DNA of 64,000 nt. Source: Heteronotia binoei. Taxonomy: Eukaryota. Position numbers and translations under genes: made by a program. The notes below the pieces were generated by a model that saw nothing but the letters and a program-made list of their open reading frames with translations, was not told the origin of the DNA and made no database searches. Positions 47,901 to 60,227 of this stretch are shown here, in pieces (position 1 is the first letter of the stretch; every line of letters begins with the position of its first letter). The DNA lies in the NCBI RefSeq assembly GCF_032191835.1, contig NC_083223.1:247752001-247816000 (forward strand), written 5' to 3'.

Positions 47901-48636
47901 TAAAACAAAACACATATACCTCCACACAGTGGAAGAGAATCAAAGATGTTCTCAGGCAATATCAGACTAGCAAACTTTGGTGTGATTGGAGATCTTTTCT
48001 GCACCCAGCATGGACTAGCTTAATTAAATCTGCATCCCGCATTTTCCATTAGGTTCAGTAATATCTCCCCCCTCTTTCCCTCCTTTGTGTTTTCATTCTT
48101 AATTAACAAGCAGTCCAAAGAAGAGTTCTAGGGAAATCAAAGGCTGGCTCATTGCTTTAGTAGATCCTAATTTAGGGTATGTACTCTAGTGTAGCTTTGG
48201 AGTTTTGTTTTTTCCCTTAACAGATCAGCATAGCTAACATTTGCAATTCCTACATACCTCTACACTCTGTTATTATTCTGCTTGTAATTTTAAAATTCCA
48301 TCAGAAACCACTTCCACTGTTGATCTGGAATTCTTGATTCTGAATGTTGGTGTTTTCTACTTCTTTCACATCTGTCATTCAGTAAAGTTTGTTTAGATAT
48401 ATCCTTCGTATGTCTCTGTTATCTAGAACATAACTGGGACTAGAGAGCTAAGGGATAAATCCCAGATTTGAGAGTTCCTGACTACTGATCCACTCAAAGC
48501 AACACCAGACATTGAAGGCAGATCACCCACTGCCTGAACACAGAGCAACCAATTAGATCCCAGACCCTTTAGATATGAGATCAGGAGTTGCCATTTACCA
48601 CCAGATTCTAGCACCAAACAGGAATGTGATTCTTAC

Positions 48637-48707
48637 CCTGTTCCCTTGTCATGATGTCAGCATCCTTCTCAATCTGACCAACATTCCTCAAATAGTCTTG
48701 GAGCATC
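48637..48707 (-). CDS. CGREF1: CGREF1 coding exon (71 nt)
   Basis: (R)MLQDYLRNVGQIEKDADIMTREQ; catag| and |gtaaga; phases fit the neighbouring exons. Confidence 0.9.
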
Positions 48708-49471
48708 CTATGACAAATGGAACCACCAGTTGGTCCAGCCAAGGCTGGGACAATACATAATACAGGTAAAGGATGATAGAGACTAGAATGAAAAGGTATC
48801 ACAGGAAGGGGCCTAGCAATTAGCCTTCAGATCTGGTCAATAGGCCCAGTTGCCAAGAATGCGCTGAGAAAGAACCCTGCGTGGCTGGATAAATTTCAGG
48901 AAAAAAGTCATCTCAGGACTCAGATGTGCCTGGAATGGGAACAATGTACTGGAAGCTTTACCCTAAAATCCCATATGCATGCAGGATTCACCCATCACCA
49001 TACAGCAGTAAGGAAACAGCATTCTGCATGTGTTCAGACTGAAGTGTGCGTGGAGTTAATCCAAGCTCTGGAAACAGGCATTGTGGCCAGCTCCTTGCAG
49101 TGTTATACACTGAATCACCACCAAGCACAATTGAGAACTTCTTGTCTGCTCTTGGAGCAGGAAGAGGCTGTCTTTTCCACTTGGAGAGGAATTGGGGCTG
49201 AATGGCTCATTTTGGGGATAGGAGAGAGGGAGGTTCTGCACTTCAGGTTCATTTTTAGTTATGCTAGTTAAAGACAGGCATGAATTTATGGGAAACAGAG
49301 CAGGATGGGAGGGAACTTTCACCTATCAATCTCCATCTCTTCTCTCTTCCCCTGCATCTCTGGTGTCCCCCTTCCATCCAGTCAAAAGGTGATGCAGAAC
49401 AAAACTAAGCAACCTGGAAGCAAACCTCGTATTTGTGTGTGTGTGTGTGCATGCATGGGACAAGCACTCAC

Positions 49472-49543
49472 CTCACATTCTCCTTCCCTGGATGCAGAGG
49501 GTTAAGGATGGGATGATTCCTAGAATCATTGAGGGTCTCTGGC
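49472..49543 (-). CDS. CGREF1: CGREF1 coding exon (72 nt)
   Basis: (R)PETLNDSRNHPILNPLHPGKENV(R); ttctag| and |gtgagt; phase 2-2. Confidence 0.88.
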
Positions 49544-49861
49544 CTAGAAAGCTCAAAAACAAAGAAGGGGGTGAGATGTGGATTGGCCATTTAACTTACA
49601 AGGAAATTTCCCAGTGGACCACTGCCCTAGATGGCCACTGGCAGTCAGGAGCAAGCAGAGCCAACCCCCAGCAATCATGCCAATTACTCAGGGGCCACTC
49701 GGCTGCTTATCAACACAGAAAGCCCCGCTCAGCAGCAGTCTAGAGCTGTGAAAGGTCTTGCATTGCCCATTGTCCATTTTAAGATTTACAGCAATTATAT
49801 TCTGCTCAGGATGTGAACTGTTCTGCTCAGTGGGGGGGGGGGATTAGAGGGAACATTGCTG

Positions 49862-50143
49862 AGTTTGGTGTAGTGGCTAAATGTGCAGACTCTTATCTGG
49901 GAGAACCGGGTTTGATTCCTTACTCCTCCACCTGCAGCTGCTGGAATGGCCTTGGGTAAGCCATAGTTCTTTGAAAGAGCCACAGCTCTCCTTGAAAGGG
50001 CAGCTTCTGTGAGAGCCCTCTCAGCCCCACCCACCTCACAGGGTGTCTGTTGTGGGGGGAGAAGGTAAAGGAGATTGTCAGCTGCTCTGAGACTCTGATT
50101 CAGAGAGAAGGGCGGGGTATAACTCTATGGTCTTCATCTTCTT
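49862..50143 (+). mobile_element. Squam3-like SINE in a CGREF1 intron
   Basis: Same family as 16994-17273. Confidence 0.85.
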
Positions 50144-50480
50144 CAGACCCTTCATCAGCAATGGCAGTCGGCATCAGATCACCAATTGTCTTCTCCTGCA
50201 CTGCTTCCAGTTTGGGAGACGATGCAGTGGGGGAACAGATGCACTAAGTGACCCTTGCAGCACTGGCTTCTAGCACAGCTTGACTTGCTCCAGAGTCATT
50301 TTCACTTCCCAGTCCACTCCAGGGTGTTTGTGTGCTCTAGTGAGCATTGGAAATGAGGCAACACAGAAACCCCCACCCCACACTGCATTGGGCTTGATAG
50401 GACCCCATTACCTTCCGCATCCCTGGATTAAAGGAGCAGTTCAAGGCCCCTTCCCTCCCCCTTGTTTCCCTGTTTGGTAC

Positions 50481-50560
50481 CTCTTACTGCCATCCTTTGG
50501 TGCTGCCCAGCTGATTGGCAGAATGAGTAGCAGAGTGGCTAAAAGAATCTCCTCCTTCAT
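50481..50560 (-). CDS. CGREF1: CGREF1 first coding exon (80 nt CDS; exon acceptor at 50584), signal peptide
   Basis: MKEEILLATLLLILPISWAAPKDGSK(R), like human ...GQAAPKDGVTR; ttccag| and |gtacca. Confidence 0.93.
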
Positions 50561-51195
50561 TCTGGCACCATTCAGGGGAGTAGCCTGGAAGGAAAAATAA
50601 GGATTGGCATTAGTGAGTGCCCTGTTTGGGGTCAGTGGTATAGGAGGGAGACCTCTAGTGGTTGTTCCCTGCAATGAGAGAAATGCTATTATTACTCTAG
50701 CTATTATTACTATGCTATTATTACACAGCCCTCACCTGGATAGCCCAGGCTAGCCCAGTCTCTTAGAAACTAAGCAGGGTCAGCCCTGGTGAGTATTTGG
50801 ACGGGAAACCAGCAATGAAGTCCAGAGTCTCTATGCAGAGGCAGGCAATGGCAAGCCACCTCTAAACGCCTCTTCCCTTCATACTTCAGCTGCAACTTGA
50901 TGGCAAAAAAAAAAGTTACAGAGGATACATTTCACACGTGTAGTGGCAGCAAAACAAGTCAAGGGCAGATGTTGCTCTGCTCCACAGCTTAGTGGAGTCT
51001 TGTGAGCAAAAGCTCTACTTTGTGAGCTACTGGCATTAAAGTTATGAGCAAACCATTTGGCTGCTGCATAAATTGGTTTGCTCTGGGGCCATCCTTCCTG
51101 AACTAAGACAAAAAGGCTAAAAAAACATGTGAGCTAGCTTGCACTAACTCAGTTTAGAGGAAACACTTATAAATTGCCTTGGGTCTCCAAGGGGG

Positions 51196-51499
51196 CAAAG
51201 GGAAAGGAAAGATCCCCTGTGCAAGCACCAGTCATTTCCAAATCTGGGGTGATGTTGCTTTCACAATGTTTTCACAACAGACTTTTTACGGGGTGTTTTT
51301 CTACTGCCTTCCCCAGTCATCTACACTTTCCCCCCAGCAAGCTGGGTACTCATTTTACTGACCTCGGAAGGACGGAAGGTTGAGTCAACCTCAAGCCGCC
51401 TACCTGAACACCCAGCTTCCACCAGGGATCGAACTCAGGTTGTGAGCAGAGCTTAGGACTGCAGTACTGCAGCTTTAACACTCTGCACCACTGGGCTCT
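51196..51499 (-). mobile_element. Sauria SINE, full length
   Basis: tRNA-like head and BovB-related 3' tail with (CCTTT)n. Confidence 0.85.
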
Positions 51500-51779
51500 T
51501 ACAAGGGGGGGAAAGCAGGGTATAAATGTAAAGAAATTTTTAAAAATGCAACCCCCCCCAAACCAACAACAGTGGGACACACAAAATAGTCAGCTGCTTA
51601 TCAGATGTCTTTCCGTTCCACCCTGCAGTCTGTTTAGGACAGTGACCAGTCAAGAGTTCCACATACACAGTGGTGCCATGATCTGATCCCAGACACCCAA
51701 GCAGGCAGCCGGCCACAGTGTCCCCCCAGGCGGAGAAGCCACACAACATCCAGCCAGGCAAACCCTGATGCTCATTCAC

Positions 51780-52760
51780 ACAGGCCTTCTTCTACAAGCA
51801 GAGAAGAGGCGCTCAGAGGGCTGCTGCCCATTCATTCCACTGTCAGCCGCGGAAGCACCCTCAGCGCTCCCCTCGGCCTACCAACCAACCATCCTCCGCC
51901 GGCGGCCCCACGCCCTGGCAGAGGGCAACTCTCTCTCTCAGGGCACGATCCATCCAGGCACACACGTGCAGCAGGTGCCCGCCCAGCGTCCTCGCCGCCA
52001 GACCCTCCGGCGCGCTCCCCTGGGCTCCCCTCCCCTCGCCTCCCAGCACTGCAGTGCGGCGCCGTCCACGGCTGGCCACGCACCCGCGGGCAAAGCGCTC
52101 CTGACCAAGCACCCGACTCGGCTTGCGGCTCAGCGGGGACGGAGGGAGGGGCGCGGGGGACACACAGGCCAAGGAGCCGCCTTCTTCTCCCGCCGCCTGG
52201 CTGCGCTCTGCTTGGCGCCCCCCGCAGTCCCTGGGGCCACGTGGCGTGGCGGGGGAGGCGGGCGCTGGCAGTCTGCAGCCCGGGCCCGCCCTGCGCCCCA
52301 CCGCAGCCCCCCCGCCCTCCGGTCGCGTCGCCTGACACAGGAAGCTTCCTGCAGCGGCCCTTCTACCCATTCTTTCAGTGGGCGACACAAGGCCGGGATC
52401 GAACCCGTGTAACGCAGGAGGAGGACTGGAGGGGAGTCCTCACTTTACCCTTCATCTCACAGCCCAAAGCGCGCACAGCGACCCCGCAGGGAATCCCTCG
52501 TCAAGGGGGATTGCAAAATCAGGGGTGGTGTGGCGGGGGGGGGGGGGGGAGAGGGAAGCTCATGGTTGGCTTGCGTGGGGGAGCGCTCTAGTGCCGGCGT
52601 GAGCTGTCGGCTTCCACAGATCTCTTCCTCCTATCGCCTCGGGCAGTGGCTGCTGTTTCCTTTCGGCTCTATCGGCTGCCTTTGAACGCAGCCCCTCTCG
52701 AGACGTGGCCTCAGACAGGCGGCCGGCAAGAATCATAGCAAGACTGAGATAGACGTATCG
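51780..52760 (-). promoter_or_regulatory. CGREF1: CpG island: probable CGREF1 promoter and non-coding exon 1 (candidate donor near 52083)
   Basis: Very CpG-rich; palindromic E-box GCCACGTGGC at ~52236-52245; GC boxes; GG|gtgcgt on the minus strand. Exon 1 boundaries not established. Confidence 0.6.
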
Positions 52761-54111
52761 TGTGCTGTCTGCAAGGAGCGTTTAAATGCCTTTGATCTCA
52801 AACATTCCCTTAAAGTAGAGGGTGGAAAGGAAACACGCCGGGGTTTGTGTTTACGTTTTTGATACAAAAAGGATTTTTAAAAAAACGAAATAATTTTTCC
52901 CCGTCAAGCTTTTCAAAAAGAGGCAGTATGGTGTAGCGGTCAGAGGAAACCCAGGTTCGAACCTCCGCTTTGCTCACTGGATGACTTTGAACCAGTTCCG
53001 CGCTTTCTGTCTAGCCTACCTTACAGGGTTGTTGTGAAGATAAAATGGAGGCGAAAAGAATGATGTCCGCAGCTTTGGGTCCCCATTCTCTAGGAAAAGG
53101 TCGGATAGGCTCCAGATAGACGAGAAATTTGCAAGCGTGTTTGTTTCTAAAGAAAGAAAAAGGTATTTGAGCTGTAGGGGTAGGCGACAGGTATGGGTCG
53201 GAGAAGTTTACCATTGCAAAGTGTTAGAAAAAGGAGGCTTGTGGCACCCTAGAGAGTAACCGCATTATCCTGCCAGAAGCTTTCTGGGCAGCTGTCCCAC
53301 TGGGTCAGAGGCACGCACGGCAAATGCATTTCCCCCCTTTAGATGAAGCGGGCTTTAACCGACGAAAGCTTCTGGCTGAGGCAGTTAATCTGTTAATAGT
53401 TCCAGAGGGATGGCCGTTTAAGCAAAAATACGACAATCAGGGATCTGATGGCGCCTAAAAAGCTAACCACATTTACAAGCTTCGCCGGACTAAAGCCTGT
53501 TTTTAAAGGGCTATGAATGGATCCTTTAAGGTTGCCCAGCTCCAGGTAAGACCTGGAGATCTCCCGGTATTCCGACTGCTCTCCAGACAGCAGAGACCAG
53601 TTTCCCTTGGGAAAAGGGCTGCTTTTGAGGGTCTGCTCCAGCCTCCAGTCCGCCCCAAATTTCACCTTTCCAAAACTCCACACCCCCCCGTCCCAAAATC
53701 TTCAGGAATTTCTATTCCGGAGCTGGTTTTAGGGAGCTAGCCATCAGTCTGCAGTAGTAAAAGAACAAAATTAGAATTCGGTACCTTCTTAGAGATCAAC
53801 AAAACTACCAGCACGGTGTAGCCTTTCTGGTGTCTGATGGAGTTTTGACCTCTGAAAGTTTATACCCTGATTATCTTGTCGGTCTTTAAAGTGCTCCTAG
53901 TCTCGAATATTGCTCAGTAAACATAAATCTGTTGGGGAGAAATCTTTAGTGGGTCTTCCCAGAAATAAGTCCAATATTATTTACCAGCCCCCAGCAAAGT
54001 ATCCTTAAGGACTGCAGCCTCTGTCTCGAAAGGTGCCACAAGACTCCTCTTGTGGTTGTTTGGGCTATGACAGAACTAACGGGGGCTAACAGCTACTCCG
54101 GGGACCTGGGC

Positions 54112-54620
54112 TAGGGTTGCCAAGTCCAATTCAAGAAATATCTGGGGACTTTGGGGTGGAGCCAGGATACATTGGGGGTGGAGCCAGGAACCAGGGTGTG
54201 ACAAGCATAATTGAACTCCAAAGGGAGTTCTGGCCCTCACATTTAAAGGGACCACACACCTTTTAAATGCTTTCCCTCCATTGGAAATAATGAAGGATAA
54301 GGACACCTTCTTTTGGGGCTCATAGAACTGGACACCCTGGCCCAATCTTTTTGATACTTGGAGGGTGTTTTGAGGAGAGGCACCGGATGCTATGCTGCAA
54401 ATCTGGTGCATCTACCTCAAAAGTAGCCCCCCCCCTCGAGCCCCAGATACCCACGGATCAATTCTCCATTATACCCTATGGGAATTGGTCTCCATAGGGA
54501 ATAACGGCGTGCCCAGCAGACATTCTCCTCCCTCCTCCCGCTTTCTGTTGACCCTGAAGTGGGGGGAGGGACTCCAAAACCGGGGGATCCCCTGCCCCCA
54601 CCTGGGGATTGGCAACCCTA
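54112..54620. mobile_element. 509-bp non-autonomous hAT element, inverted relative to 16270-16760
   Basis: TIRs tagggttgcca/tggcaacccta; perfect TSD acctgggc at 54104-54111 and 54621-54628. Confidence 0.9.
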
Positions 54621-54629
54621 ACCTGGGCT

Positions 54630-55110
54630 GACATCAACGCCTTCTCTCGTTTTGGCTCTGCCCCTCCAGCCGCAATGAGTGGCAGGCGGAGGCTGCACGG
54701 TGCCCGTCACAAAGATGGCCGCGGGCGGGCGGGGTTTCGCGCCGGCCCATCCCCAAGAGGGCGGTCCAGCTGGGGAAGTGGGCGGTGCTTGCTCCTTCCG
54801 GCAGCGGCGGAGTTCGCTGCTCGCTGCGGGGTTGGCTGGTTTGGCGGCCGAGGGGCTGCGCGGAAGATGCTGGGGCTGTCGCTGTTGGTGGGCTTCAGCA
54901 CCGGGTTGCTCGCCTATTATTGGGCTCGCGTCCCCAAGGTCAGCGCTGCCGCCTCTTCGAGCGCCCTGGACGGGCTGGGCAGGCGGGAGGAAGCCGGCAA
55001 GTTCTCCTTCTCCGGCAACCAGGAGGTTGGAGGACGGGTGGAAAGGGCTCTTCTGCCCCGGAGCCTGTCCGGCTGTTGCCAACAAGCTCCCGCCGGTGGG
55101 AAACGAGGCG
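54630..55110 (+). promoter_or_regulatory. ABHD1: ABHD1 CpG island / promoter
   Basis: CpG-rich; YY1-like AAGATGGCCG (~54712-54721) and GC boxes. Confidence 0.65.
54867..54938 (+). CDS. ABHD1: ABHD1 exon 1 CDS (72 nt from ATG 54867; an in-frame upstream ATG exists at 54675)
   Basis: MLGLSLLVGFSTGLLAYYWARVPK, a hydrophobic anchor with the YYW motif; AAG|gtcagc. Confidence 0.82.
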
Positions 55111-55357
55111 TGTGGCTCAGCTTTTATTACTCTCTGTTGCTTCTGCTTCCTGTGCTTCATTGCTCCTTGGTGCGACTGAGCATGTACAGAGTGCCTTCCT
55201 CTAGTTCCTGACAAACGACAACCGTTTATGCCTACCATTTCAGAGATAGGGAGCTTTCCAAGGGCGAAGGCGGGGTGGGTGGGGGTTAGACAGACCAGAG
55301 GTTGCGGAGCTTTCACTTTTAAAGAGACTGAACTCTGACCGCCTCTTTCCTCTAGAT

Positions 55358-55648
55358 CAAGGGTGGGGAGCCACATGTGGCTTTCACACATATTGTGTGG
55401 CTCTCGAACCCCCACCGCCCTGTCAGCCAGCTTGGAGAAGGCATTTGTCTCTTTAAATCACTTCTCCAAGCCAGCTAGTGGCTTGGATAATGTATTTAAA
55501 GTTGCTTTCTTTCCACCTCTCCCCCCAATCTATTTGCCTGCCTTCCTATCTTGCAGCTCTCAAACACCTAATGTTCATGTCTTGCAGCTCTCGAACATCT
55601 GACATTTATTCTTTTGGCTCTTACATTAAGCAAGTTTGGCCACCCCTG
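55358..55648. mobile_element. hAT MITE (CAGGGGTGG-type TIR) at a TCTAGA-centred target
   Basis: caagggtgggg.../...ggccacccctg; flanks ctctagat and gtctagac. Confidence 0.7.
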
Positions 55649-57797
55649 GTCTAGACTCACTTCCTTGGTGGGAATATTGAGGTCAGGCTTGGCATGCTTG
55701 CGGAGGGGGGGGGGCGCTACTCATCTCCCCATCTGTTGGCTCATCCGGCTGCTTGTGCCAGCTCCTTTCTCCTCCTGTGACTGTCTTTGGGATGCCCAGT
55801 GGTTAATTATTTTAAATGGTGGGGCTTTCCAGAGAAGTTTGAAATTCTGTCTTGCCCTGTCCCAGATGTTTTCACAGGGTAGCCGTATTGGTCTCCAGTA
55901 AAACAGTTTGATTTGAGTCCTTGGAGATGAACAAGAGTTTCAGGGTAGAAGCTTCCGAGAGTCAAAGCTTCCTTTGTCAGATGTGGGGGTTTTTTTCTTG
56001 TGAAAGGGAAAAGATGCTTGGTACATACTGGGATATAGTCTTCCTTTTATTGTCACATGTTTAAGGCTAATCCCTGCTGCAGAATACAAATCTTGTAGCT
56101 GGGTGTCTGATTGTAGTTATTAGGTATGGAAACCAACACCCTATTTCTCACCTCCCACCACTGGCTGCTCCAGTGTGTTTCTCTTAGGTCACTTTCCTTC
56201 TGTGCCTTTCCATACAGATATTGTTTTTCAGTCCCCTCTAGAATACACACCTTCCTCTACCTTAATGCCTCCCTGTAACTACACCCTGCCCATGAAACAA
56301 ACAAACAAACCATAAAGCAGAGGGTGTTTCAATATAAACACCTTTGCACTGGAGTCAGGACAGGTGTGCGTGGGTCAGGAAGCGCGTGCTTCTAAGGGCA
56401 GCTGACCCACTTCACCAATACTTGTTTCCACTGTGTAGTCTCTGCTAGTATTCCTCCAAACAAAGATGCCTACTTCGGGGGGTGTCCCATGAGAAGACAT
56501 AAGGAGAAGAGCACACACATAGTGCAGTTCCTGCGTTTTGCGGGGGATTTGCTTCAGTTCTTGACTGGGGCTTTTTGTTATATGTTGGGTTCTAAGAATC
56601 TGAGAACTGTGTATTGGATGGATCAAGTGAAAAATCAGGCTCATATATTCCCTTGGAAACGGCTTCGCTGGGGGAGACCCAGGTTCAAACCTTTTCTCAA
56701 CTGTAAAGCTTGCTGGATGACCTTAGGCCAGGCCCGTAGGTACAGGGGGGCCAGGCCCATTCTTTCAACCTCCCTTTCCATCTGCATAGCCCCTTTGCTC
56801 ACCACCACTCTGAACAAGTAGTAGCATTGCACATAAGAAGGGGTGGGGAGTGGAGCTGCTGCAACTGCCCAGGTGAAGGGGTTGTGGAGCTCAAGGCAGC
56901 TTACAGTGCCGAGAGCCTAGGGCTGCCAAACTGGGTGGCCTCCTGGCCCCCTCAAACAACAAATTCTGCTGTGGGCCCCACCAAACATGGAATCTTGGCT
57001 ACGGCCCTGCCTTAGGCCAGTTACCGCCATAATCTCTCTCCACATCATCTGCCTCAAAGGGTTGTTGTGAGTTGAAATGGAGAAGAAGGCGGCACTACCT
57101 TTGGGACTACCTCTCCCCATATGAGCCCTGCAGGGCTTTATGATCAGCGACTGTTCCTCTTAGTGGTACCCAGCCCCAAAGATGTCCAATTTGCCTCAAC
57201 TAGGGCCAGGGCCTTTTCGGTGGAATGATCTCCCCTTGTAGATTCAGGCCCTGCAGGACCTACTGCAAGCCCACAGGGCCTGTAAAACAGCTGTTCCACC
57301 AGGCCTTCAGTTGAGGTGGTGGACGTCACCCGTTATTGGCCTCACCCTCCCAATCTAGTGCTGGAGGACCTGACGGACTTGGATCAATAAGCCATGCCTG
57401 TTGAGGCTGAATCTGTTACTTTTAGCTTCTGTAATTTTAGCTCTTTATATAATTTTAATCTGGTTTTGTTTGGCTGCCTGATTTTATGCTATAACCCGCC
57501 CTGAACCTGTTTTATGGGAAGGGCAGGCTATAAGCCCAATAAAATAAATAAATAAAGAGAAGAACTTTCCTGCACTGGAACTCACCTTATCAGATACACA
57601 ACTCTTTTTTAAAATGACTTGGGTCCTTGGGATGCCGAACGAGGGGTCTACATCTTGAAAAAGTGCCATCTTGTCTGCCAGTCAATTGGTTGCCTGTGGG
57701 TGTTGGGCAGAACCACAGAAGCAGTGGTCGTCTGCTGCACCCTTGCCAAAAAACCCACAAAAACTGTTAGCCTGCTTGCTTGTGCACACAACAGTTG

Positions 57798-57999
57798 TAG
57801 TGCTCCCTCTAAACTTTGGAACCTTGTGAGCAAAAATTATCCTTTGTGAGCTACTTTGAAGTTGTGAGTGAGCGATTTGTCTTCTGCATAAATTAGTTTG
57901 CTCTGGGGTCATCCTTCCTGAGCTAAGACAAAAATGTGTGAGCTGGAAGCTAAAAAACAGTGAGCTAGCTCATACTAACTCAGCTCAGAGGGAACACTG
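57798..57999. mobile_element. hAT-like MITE (CAGTGTTCCCTCT termini); related copies ~45698-45890 and ~50960-51168
   Basis: Terminal inverted repeats and three dispersed copies. Confidence 0.7.
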
Positions 58000-58203
58000 A
58001 CTGACTATGAGTAGTCATTTGCAGCATATAGACAGCAGCATATAGAAAAGAGAGACTCCTGCCTGGTTGTTTCACAACACCTATTACTCACCCCAGGCAA
58101 GTTACTTACAGATCTCCAGTTATGCTGTTTCCTGCAAGGAGGCCTGTGGGTGTGGGTGGATCATCTGGAACTGAATCTGGGCTGGCCTTTCCCCCATATA
58201 CAG

Positions 58204-58364
58204 CGCCCCCTGCTGGTGGCTTGTCAGCCATTCCGTTCCTTCCTGGAGAAGTACTGTCCCATTGTGGATGAGACGTTCTATCCTACACCGTGGTGCTTTG
58301 AGGGCCGACTCCAGACCATTGTTCGTGTCTTCCTCAAGTCACGCCCACAGGTCCACTACCGCAG
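58204..58364 (+). CDS. ABHD1: ABHD1 exon 2 (161 nt)
   Basis: [53 protein letters not shown]; cag| and |gtagga. Confidence 0.95.
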
Positions 58365-58679
58365 GTAGGACTGGGGAAGAATACTGGGAATGTCTCGGGG
58401 GCAATTATTCTTCTGTAGGCTGCATGAGCAGCTGTTTGCAACTGCTTAGGCAGGTGAGCACCGAGTTTTGATCCCTTGCATCCTATTAATCTATCCTAGG
58501 CCCCTGGGGCACAATATCTTGTTTTCTAGTCCATCTAACCTCGGCATAGAGTAGAGGTCACTGGAGGAGAGGTAGCTGAAAATTTCCAGTGTTGTGTAGG
58601 GGGTTGGACTAGATGACCCTTGAGATCCTTTCCAGCTCTGTTTCCACCCTATCTCTTTGTCCCTTCATTTCCCATTTAG

Positions 58680-58865
58680 CGAGGTGCTGCGAACTGAAGA
58701 TGGAGGGCAACTGTTGCTGGATTGGGCCAACGATGAAGACAGGAATACAGGCCACCCTGACCCAGAGAGCTGCCCTATTGTCTTATTCCTGCCAGGCCTG
58801 ACAGGAAACAGTGAAGAGACCTACATCCTGCACATGGTGTGCACAGTCCAGCTACAGGGCTACAG
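58680..58865 (+). CDS. ABHD1: ABHD1 exon 3 (186 nt)
   Basis: [15 protein letters not shown]...[22 protein letters not shown]...GYR; ttag| and |gtgaga. Confidence 0.95.
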
Positions 58866-59492
58866 GTGAGAAAGCTTCATTAGGTCGTCTGTGCCAGTTT
58901 CCACAACTGTGAAGTAGGCATAAAGAACTGGTTATGGAGCAGCTTTCTCTTGCCGTGTGTAAATTTTGAATAGTCCCCTCATACCTCTGTGACCTGTCTA
59001 CTGGAAGAATGGCCTCTTCTGACAAGAACCTATGCACTCACCTCAGGTTTAATCACTTAGAGAATGATTAAAACGTGGAATTTGGTGTCTGAGGATGTAG
59101 TGATGGCCATAGTAATAGATTAACAGTGAATAGGTCTATCAGTGGCTAGTAGCCATGGTGACTAAGGGGAACCTCCACATTCAGAGGCAGTAAACCTCTG
59201 AATCCCAGAGCCAGGAGGCAACATCAGGGGAAGTGCCCCATTGTTGGCTGTCCAGGGGAACTGGTTGGCCACTATGTGAGACAGGATGCTGCACTAGATG
59301 GGCCACTGGTCTGATCCAGCAGGGCTCTTCTGATGTTCTTAATCTGCTTCAGTTGGAGCCATTCCTCCAGCCACCACCCAGTCTTGCCCCTTGATGACAG
59401 GCACTCCAATTTTCTAAAATGCTTCTTTGATGGGTATTAAGTGGCAGATCATGTCTGCGGAGATTATAAGAGGCTGGCTACTGGCATTTGAA

Positions 59493-59782
59493 GGCAGCCC
59501 CATGGCGCAGAGTAGCTAAGCTGCAGTATTGCAGTCTCAGCTCTCTGCTTACGACCTGAGTTCAATCCCAGGGGAAGCTCGGTTCAGGTAGCCGGCTCGA
59601 GGTTGACTCAGCCTTCCATCCTTAAATGAGTACTCAGTTTGCTGGGGGCGGGGGGGAAGTGTAGATGACTAGGGAAGGCAATGACAAACCACCCTGTAAA
59701 AGTCTGCCATGAAAATGTCATGATGCGACGTCACCTGAATAGGAAACAAATGGTGCTTGCACAGGAGATTACCTTTACTTTT
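59493..59782 (+). mobile_element. Sauria SINE, full length
   Basis: tRNA-like head, ACCTTT tail; TSD tactggcattt at 59479-59489 and 59783-59793. Confidence 0.87.
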
Positions 59783-60181
59783 TACTGGCATTTTAAAACC
59801 CAAAAGTTCACAGAAATGTAATTTCTAGCTTTGGCTGGCTTTGTATGGGGCCTGGTGTCATAATAAAATATTTCAACTTGTGGGGCAGAGCTTCCTTGCC
59901 AACTTGGGCCAAATGGCTATGTTTAGAAGATGGTCTGAAGGCAAAGGCTGGCAAGAGTGATGGATGGTGAGGTAAAGTTGCCAGCTCTGGGTAAGGAAAT
60001 CCTAGAGATTTTTCTGGGGGGACTGATCTCTTTGTCTGGAGATCAGTTGTAGTAATGGGAGGTTTCCAGGCCCCACCTGGTGGTTGGCAACCTTTGGCTG
60101 AAGCCTCTTGTACGAGGCAGCGTCAGGGTGGAGGGTGATGATCCTGCCAGTCAGCTCAACTTCCTTCTCTTTTCCTTCCAG

Positions 60182-60227
60182 GGCGGTTGTGTTCAATAAC
60201 AGAGGTTGCAAAGGAGAGGAATTGCTG
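60182..60227 (+). CDS. ABHD1: ABHD1 exon 4 (46 nt)
   Basis: AVVFNNRGCKGEELL; ttccag| and |gtgcgt. Confidence 0.95.

Noticed and set aside
48560-48617. QLLISYLKGLG, resembling human CGREF1 LLQSYLKGLG
   Set aside because: Coincidental: the true exon (48637-48707) has proper splice sites and phases, and this stretch lies in the following intron.
49056-49322. ORF with PNSSPSGKDSLFLLQ as a CGREF1 exon
   Set aside because: Exon 49472-49543 fits by motif (NPLHPG), phase and splice strength; this ORF lacks a good donor.
51768-52602. Multiple 70-214-aa ORFs on both strands
   Set aside because: Stop-poor CpG-island sequence; Arg/Gly/Pro/Ala-rich translations without homology.
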